Of a DNA stretch of 64,000 nucleotides, positions 58,901 to 64,000 are shown piece after piece. Origin of the DNA: Chitinophagales bacterium (GTDB lineage: Bacteria; Bacteroidota; Bacteroidia; Chitinophagales; JADIYW01); the NCBI GenBank assembly GCA_046329785.1, contig JAXLTZ010000008.1, forward strand, positions 62,493 to 126,492, given 5' to 3'. Position numbers and translations under genes: made by a program. Each line of letters starts with the position of its first letter. Position 1 is the first letter of the stretch. Below the pieces are notes generated by a model. That model was not told the origin of the DNA. It searched no databases and saw nothing but the letters and a program-made list of their open reading frames with translations.

Positions 58901-60549
58901 TTACAGATGTAAATGGAAACAGTTCTACTTGTTCATCGACGATAACTGTAAGAGATTTAGTTGCACCTGTAGCAGTATGTCAGAATGTAACAGTTCAGTT
59001 AAACAATACAGGCAATGGAAGTACAACAGCTGCAGCAGTAAATAATGGCTCGAATGATGCATGTGGTATAGCAGGTTTATCATTAAGCCAGACTTCATTT
59101 GTATGCAGCGAAGTAGGACCAAATGCCGAAGTACTAACGGTAACTGATGTGAATGGTAACTCAAGTACATGTTCAACAACAATCACAGTACAAGACAATG
59201 TAGCACCTATAGCTATCTGTCAGAATGTAACAGTACAATTAGATAATACAGGTAATGGCTCCACTACAGCAGCAGCAGTGAATAATGGTTCATCAGATGC
59301 TTGCGGAGTAGCCGGTTTAGCATTGAGTCAGGTTAATTTTGCTTGCTCGGAAGTTGGCCCAAATACAGAAGTATTAACGGTTACAGATGTAAATGGTAAT
59401 ACAAGTACTTGTTCTACAACTGTAACAGTACAAGATAATGTAGCACCAGTTGCAATATGTAAAAATGTTACTGTTCAGTTAGATGCAACAGGAGCAGGAA
59501 CGACAACAGCAACCGCAGTAAATGATGGTTCATCAGATGCATGTGGAATACAAACAATGACATTAAACATAACTTCATTTGGTTGTTCTAATGTGGGTGA
59601 CAATCCTGTAGTATTGACAGTAACAGATAAGAATGGAAATTCAACTACATGTTCTGCTGTGATTACCGTTAAAGATGACATAGCTCCTGTAGCAACATGT
59701 CAAAATGTAATGGTTCAATTAGATAATACTGGAAATGGAAGCACAACAGCTATTGCAGTTAATAATGGTTCTACAGATGCTTGTGGTTTATTGCCACAAT
59801 GTCCACCTCATGGACCTATGGTTACTTGTTTATCTGGTTTAATGATTGATAAAGAATTATTCGATTGCAGTAATATTGGACCAAATACAGTAATACTAAC
59901 AGTTACAGATACACATTATAATAGTAGTACATGTTCTGCAATAGTAACAGTAATAGATGCAGTAGCACCTATAGCTATCTGTCAAAATGTAACAGTGCAG
60001 TTAGATAATACAGGAAATGGTTCAACTACAGCAGAAGCTGTTGATAATGGTTCTAACGATGCTTGCGGAATTAAAACTCTTGCATTAAGTCAAACAGCTT
60101 TTGTTTGCAGCGAAGTTGGAGAAAATACTGAAGTGTTAACTGTAACAGATAATAATAACAATACCAGTGTATGTTCTGTAACGGTAACAGTACAAGACAA
60201 TGTAGCACCTGTTGCAGTATGTCAAGATGTTACAGTACAATTAGACAATACAGGCAACGGCAGCACGACTGCATCATCGGTTAACAATGGTTCATCCGAT
60301 GCATGTGGAGTAGCAAGTCTTGCATTGAACAATAGCAGTTTCACTTGTGCGAATGTAGGCAGTGGCAATACGGTAGTATTGACAGTAACTGATGTAAATA
60401 CGAATACGAGCACATGTACAGCAACGGTAACGGTACAGGATAATGTAGCACCTGTTGCAGTATGTCAAGATGTTACAGTACAATTAGACAATACAGGCAA
60501 CGGCAGCACAACAGCATCAGCGGTGAACAATGGTTCATCAGATGCGTAG
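46939..60549 (+). CDS. giant repetitive cell-surface protein, segment 1 (frame 1): signal peptide, Cys/Trp-rich N-module, beta-helix-like segment, Gly-rich tract, PKD/Ig-like, HYR and HYR-like modules, two LTDs
   Basis: 4,536-codon ORF with signal peptide [33 protein letters not shown]. It ends at TAG 60547-60549, created by a 1-nt net insertion relative to sister repeats. Confidence 0.9.
   Translation: [4536 protein letters not shown]
48661..49715 (+). repeat. Gly/Ala/Ser-rich low-complexity tract (about 350 codons) within the giant gene; local GC-rich island
   Basis: Translated runs such as [68 protein letters not shown] and [16 protein letters not shown], encoded by GGN/GCN codon runs in an otherwise AT-rich gene. 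Confidence 0.95.
52195..53185 (+). other. block of four canonical HYR (hyalin-repeat) modules inside the array
   Basis: For example [82 protein letters not shown], which fits the HYR pattern (D..P.i.C........g.C.a.V.y....atDnc.....q.sGl.SG..FpiGtt.v.y.vtDasGN.a.CsF.vtV.D). Confidence 0.75.
56305..56855 (+). other. lamin-tail domain (LTD) insertion 1
   Basis: [43 protein letters not shown]...[10 protein letters not shown]...[12 protein letters not shown]...[11 protein letters not shown]...EWDIF. Confidence 0.75.
58129..58630 (+). other. lamin-tail domain (LTD) insertion 2
   Basis: [45 protein letters not shown]...[26 protein letters not shown]...[11 protein letters not shown]...QWDGF. Paralogous to insertion 1. 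Confidence 0.75.
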
Positions 60550-62378
60550 TGGAGTAGCAAGTCTTGCATTAGACAATAGCAGTTTCACTTGTGCGAATGT
60601 AGGCAGTGGCAATACAGTAGTATTGACAGTAACAGACGTTAATACGAATACGAGCACATGTACAGCAACGGTAACGGTACAGGATAATGTAGCACCTGTT
60701 GCAGTATGTCAAGATGTTACAGTACAATTAGACAACACAGGAAATGGCAGCACAACAGCATCAGCGGTTAACAATGGTTCATCCGATGCATGTGGAGTAG
60801 CAAGTCTTGCATTAGACAATAGCAGTTTCACTTGTGCGAATGTAGGCAGTGGCAATACAGTAGTATTGACAGTAACTGATGTAAATACGAATACGAGCAC
60901 ATGTACAGCAACGGTAACGGTACAGGATAATGTAGCACCTGTTGCAGTATGTCAAGATGTTACAGTACAATTAGACAATACAGGCAACGGCAGCACAACA
61001 GCATCAGCGGTGAACAATGGTTCATCAGATGCATGTGGAGTAGCAAGTCTTGCATTAGACAATAGCAGTTTCACTTGTGCGAATGTAGGCAGTGGCAATA
61101 CAGTAGTATTGACAGTAACAGACGTTAATACGAATACGAGCACATGTACAGCAACGGTAACGGTACAGGATAATGTAGCACCTGTTGCAGTATGTCAAGA
61201 TGTTACAGTACAATTAGACAACACAGGAAATGGCAGCACAACAGCATCAGCGGTTAACAATGGTTCATCCGATGCATGTGGAGTAGCAAGTCTTGCATTA
61301 GACAATAGCAGTTTCACTTGTGCGAATGTAGGCAGTGGCAATACAGTAGTATTGACAGTAACAGACGTTAATACGAATACGAGCACATGTACAGCAACGG
61401 TAACTGTACAGGATAATGTAGCACCTGTTGCAGTATGTCAAGATGTGACCGTACAGTTAGACAACACAGGAAATGGCAGCACAACAGCATCATCGGTTAA
61501 CAATGGTTCATCAGATGCATGTGGAGTAGCAAGTCTTGCATTAGACAATAGCAGTTTCACTTGTGCGAATGTAGGCAGTGGCAATACAGTAGTATTGACA
61601 GTAACAGACGTTAATACGAATACCATGTACAGCAACGGTAACTGTACAGGATAATGTAGCACCTGTTGCAGTATGTCAGAATGTAACAGTACAATTAGAC
61701 AATACAGGAAATGGTTCAACTACAGCATCATCAGTGAACAATGGTTCAAGTGATGCATGTGGAGTAGCAAGTCTTGCATTAGACAATAGCAGTTTCACTT
61801 GTGCGAATGTAGGCAGTGGTAATACAGTAGTATTGACAGTAACTGATGTAAATACGAATACAAGCACATGTACAGCAACGGTAACGGTACAGGATAATGT
61901 AGCACCTGTTGCAGTATGTCAAGATGTTACAGTACAATTAGACAATACAGGAAATGGCAGCACAACAGCATCATCGGTTAACAATGGTTCATCAGATGCA
62001 TGTGGAGTAGCAAGTCTTGCATTAGACAATAGCAGTTTCACTTGTGCGAATGTAGGCAGTGGCAATACAGTAGTATTGACAGTAACAGACGTTAATACGA
62101 ATACGAGCACATGTACAGCAACGGTAACTGTACAGGATAATGTAGCACCTGTTGCAGTATGTCAGAATGTAACAGTACAATTAGACAATACAGGAAATGG
62201 TTCAACTACAGCATCATCAGTGAACAATGGTTCAAGTGATGCATGTGGAGTAGCAAGTCTTGGATTAGACAATAGCAGCTTCACTTGTTCAAATGTTGGC
62301 AGTGGTAATACAGTAGTATTGACAGTAACCGATGTTAATGGCAATTCAACTACATGTTCAGCAACGGTAACAGTACAA
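60196..62378 (+). repeat. block of about 9 nearly identical 243-bp tandem units (homogenised part of the array)
   Basis: Unit starts (GAC/GAT AAT GTA GCA CCT GTT GCA) fall at 60196, 60439, 60683, 60926, 61169, 61412, 61650, 61893 and 62136. Spacing is 243 bp except 244 (a 1-nt insertion) and 238 (a 5-nt deletion). The antisense shadow ORFs in the track show the same spacing. Confidence 0.95.
60530..61654 (+). CDS. giant surface protein, segment 2 (frame 2), continuing the same repeat array after the +1 shift
   Basis: The protein resumes mid-module (..[56 protein letters not shown]..). The ATG at 60530 is incidental. The segment ends after a 5-nt deletion. Confidence 0.8.
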   Translation: [374 protein letters not shown]

Positions 62379-64000
62379 GACAATGTAGCACCTGTTGCAG
62401 TATGTCAAGATGTGACCGTACAATTAGATAATGCTGGAAATGGAAGTACAACGGCAAATGCAGTGAACAATGGTTCATCTGATGCATGTGGTATCGCAAC
62501 CAAAGTGTTAAGTAAAACAAGCTTTACATGTGCGAATGTAGGAACGAATCCGGTTGTGTTAACTGTAACAGATGTTAATGGTAACTCAACTACTTGCTCT
62601 GCAACGGTAACGGTACAAGATAATGTAGCACCGGTAGCAGTATGCCAGAATGTAACAGTTAATCTGGATAATACAGGTAACGGAAGCACAACGGCAAATG
62701 CAGTGAACAATGGTTCATCTGATGCATGTGGTATCGCAACCAAATTGTTAAGTAAAACAACCTTTACATGTGCAAATGTGGGAGCAAATCCGGTTGTGTT
62801 AACTGTAACAGATATCAATGGTAACTCAACTACTTGCTCTGCAACTGTAACAGTTAGAGACTTAGTGGCACCAATAGCATTGTGTCAGAATGTAACAGTT
62901 AATTTGGATAATACAGGTAACGGAAGTACAACGGCAAATGCAGTAAACAACGGTTCATCTGATGCATGCGGTATCGCAACTAAGGTACTGAGCAAAACAT
63001 CGTTTAATTGTTCAAATGTGGGTGCAAATCCGGTTGTATTAACTGTAACAGATGTGAATGGTAACTCAACTACTTGCTCTGCAACGGTAACAGTTAGAGA
63101 CTTGATTGCTCCTGTTGCATTATGTAAGAATGTTACAGTAGCGTTAGATGCAACAGGAAATGCAAGTGTCACACCTGCACAATTAAATAACAATTCAACG
63201 GATGCATGCGGAATTGCGAGTTTAACAATTAACTCAACATCTTTAGCAACATTTAACTGTACAAATACAGGTACTAACACGATAACCTTAAAAGTTACAG
63301 ATGTGAATGGTAATACATCCACTTGTGTTTCAACTGTAACGGTTACCGGAGGTGCGTTGTACAATTATGTGATCTTAGCAGAAGAAAAAGTTCATTTACA
63401 TAACAGCAATATTCAAAGTGGTGGTATAGGTATTATGACTGCAGGAGGTGAAGCTGAGATTGAGAAGTATACAACAGTAACAGCACCTGGTACGTTTGTT
63501 CAATCACCGGATATTGATATCAATACAGGAGGTGCAGTAACTACGAAAATATACACCGTTGCTTCTGCTCCATTACCGGTATTTGAGACAAATCCATATA
63601 CTAGCAATAATAATATTAAAGTATTAAGCGGACAAACGGTTACATTAAATGATTCGTTGTACAATGAGATTAAAGTTGAGAAGTATGGAACAATAATCTT
63701 CACTCAGCCTGTGGTTAATATCAGAAAATTGGAGACAAAAGAGTATGCAGTAATTAAGTTTAATCAATGCACGAAGATGCGCCTGAAAGAGCACTTCCAC
63801 ATGAAGAGAAACTCTATGTTCAATCCGGATGGTTTAGGTGTAACAGTATTTGCACAAAAACATGTTGAAATAAAAGAAGGATCTAAAGTGTTTGCTACAC
63901 TGTATGCAAAAGACGAGCATATACATGTTGAAGGTAAAGCAAACAGTAGAACACAAATGACAGGTTTGTTTATTGCTAAACGTATAGATAAAGGTGATTA
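61605..64000 (+). CDS. giant surface protein, segment 3 (frame 3), partial, runs off the window end
   Basis: Not in the track because there is no stop in the window. Own translation from 61626: [57 protein letters not shown]..., open to base 64000. From about 63346 it becomes a non-repeat module (GGALYNYVILAEEKVHLHNSNIQSGGIGIM...). Confidence 0.85.

Larger units (their letters stand above)
51205..63345 (+). repeat. array of roughly 40-45 HYR-like 81-aa (243-bp) modules
   Basis: Recurrent frame D-x-x-AP-x-A-x-C-(Q/K)N(V/L/I)TV-x-L......(V/I)NNGS-x-D-x-CG.......F-x-C-x-N(V/L)G.N.V.LTVTD.NGN.S.C.A.(V/I)TV.D, read throughout the translation. Confidence 0.9.

Noticed and set aside
60530-61654. 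Track ORF starting at ATG 60530 considered as an independent gene
   Set aside because: Its first residues (MVHQMRSG) are out-of-frame read-through of the previous module. From residue 8 it continues the repeat exactly where segment 1 broke off. There is no promoter or signal peptide.
60196-62378. Regular 243-bp periodic repeats considered as a CRISPR-like or satellite array
   Set aside because: The units are contiguous with no unique spacers, they are far longer than CRISPR repeats, and they translate in-frame into complete protein modules.
60222-63364. Series of periodic 63-159-aa minus-strand ORFs (MLVFV.TSVTVNTTVLPLPTFAQVKLLL...)
   Set aside because: They are antisense shadows of the 243-bp coding repeats and are identical because the sense repeats are identical. 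They were useful only as a ruler that exposes the +1 and -5 indels.

Overview
AT-rich chromosomal segment, most likely Bacteroidota (Flavobacteriia/Cytophagia-like). That placement rests on TAnnTTTG -7 promoter boxes, three T9SS type-A C-terminal sorting domains, a PafA-type phosphatase and a Bacteroidota-style integrase arm domain. All domain calls come from motifs read by eye; no HMM or BLAST search was run.

Bases 1-46,600 are mostly ordinary housekeeping and metabolism: MFS transporter, ABC-F ATPase, ALO-family FAD oxidase, UbiA prenyltransferase, Maf, LuxE-like acyl-adenylate enzyme, FAD oxidoreductase, glutaryl-CoA dehydrogenase, FolB, tRNA-Cys, Omp85/TamA-like barrel, TrmH methyltransferase, GMC oxidoreductase, RlpA-SPOR, crotonase, PaaI thioesterase, PafA and AroC. 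Interspersed are tandem families of small secreted proteins and lipoproteins, and T9SS cargo: an FG-GAP protein, an M23 peptidase with a near-perfect internal duplication, and an esterase broken by one in-frame TAA. There is also a 1,226-aa OmpA-anchored protein.

A decayed integrative element of about 1.6 kb sits in the 3' end of tRNA-Cys. It is bounded by a 15-bp direct repeat and carries only the arm-binding stub of its integrase.

From 46,939 to the window end (17 kb) lies one giant repetitive surface-protein gene. Its modules in order are a signal peptide, a Cys/Trp-rich N-module, a beta-helix-like segment, a Gly/Ala/Ser tract of about 350 aa, and roughly 40-45 HYR-like 81-aa modules. Two lamin-tail domains are embedded in the array. 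It is broken by a +1 and a -5 frame disruption, both inside a block of nearly identical 243-bp tandem units.

I see no CRISPR array, restriction-modification, toxin-antitoxin, secretion-machine or biosynthetic cluster, and no convincing multi-gene novel system. The most unusual content is the giant gene and its neighbours, the tRNA-Cys island remnant, and an ABC-F protein with one coherently degenerate ATP site.
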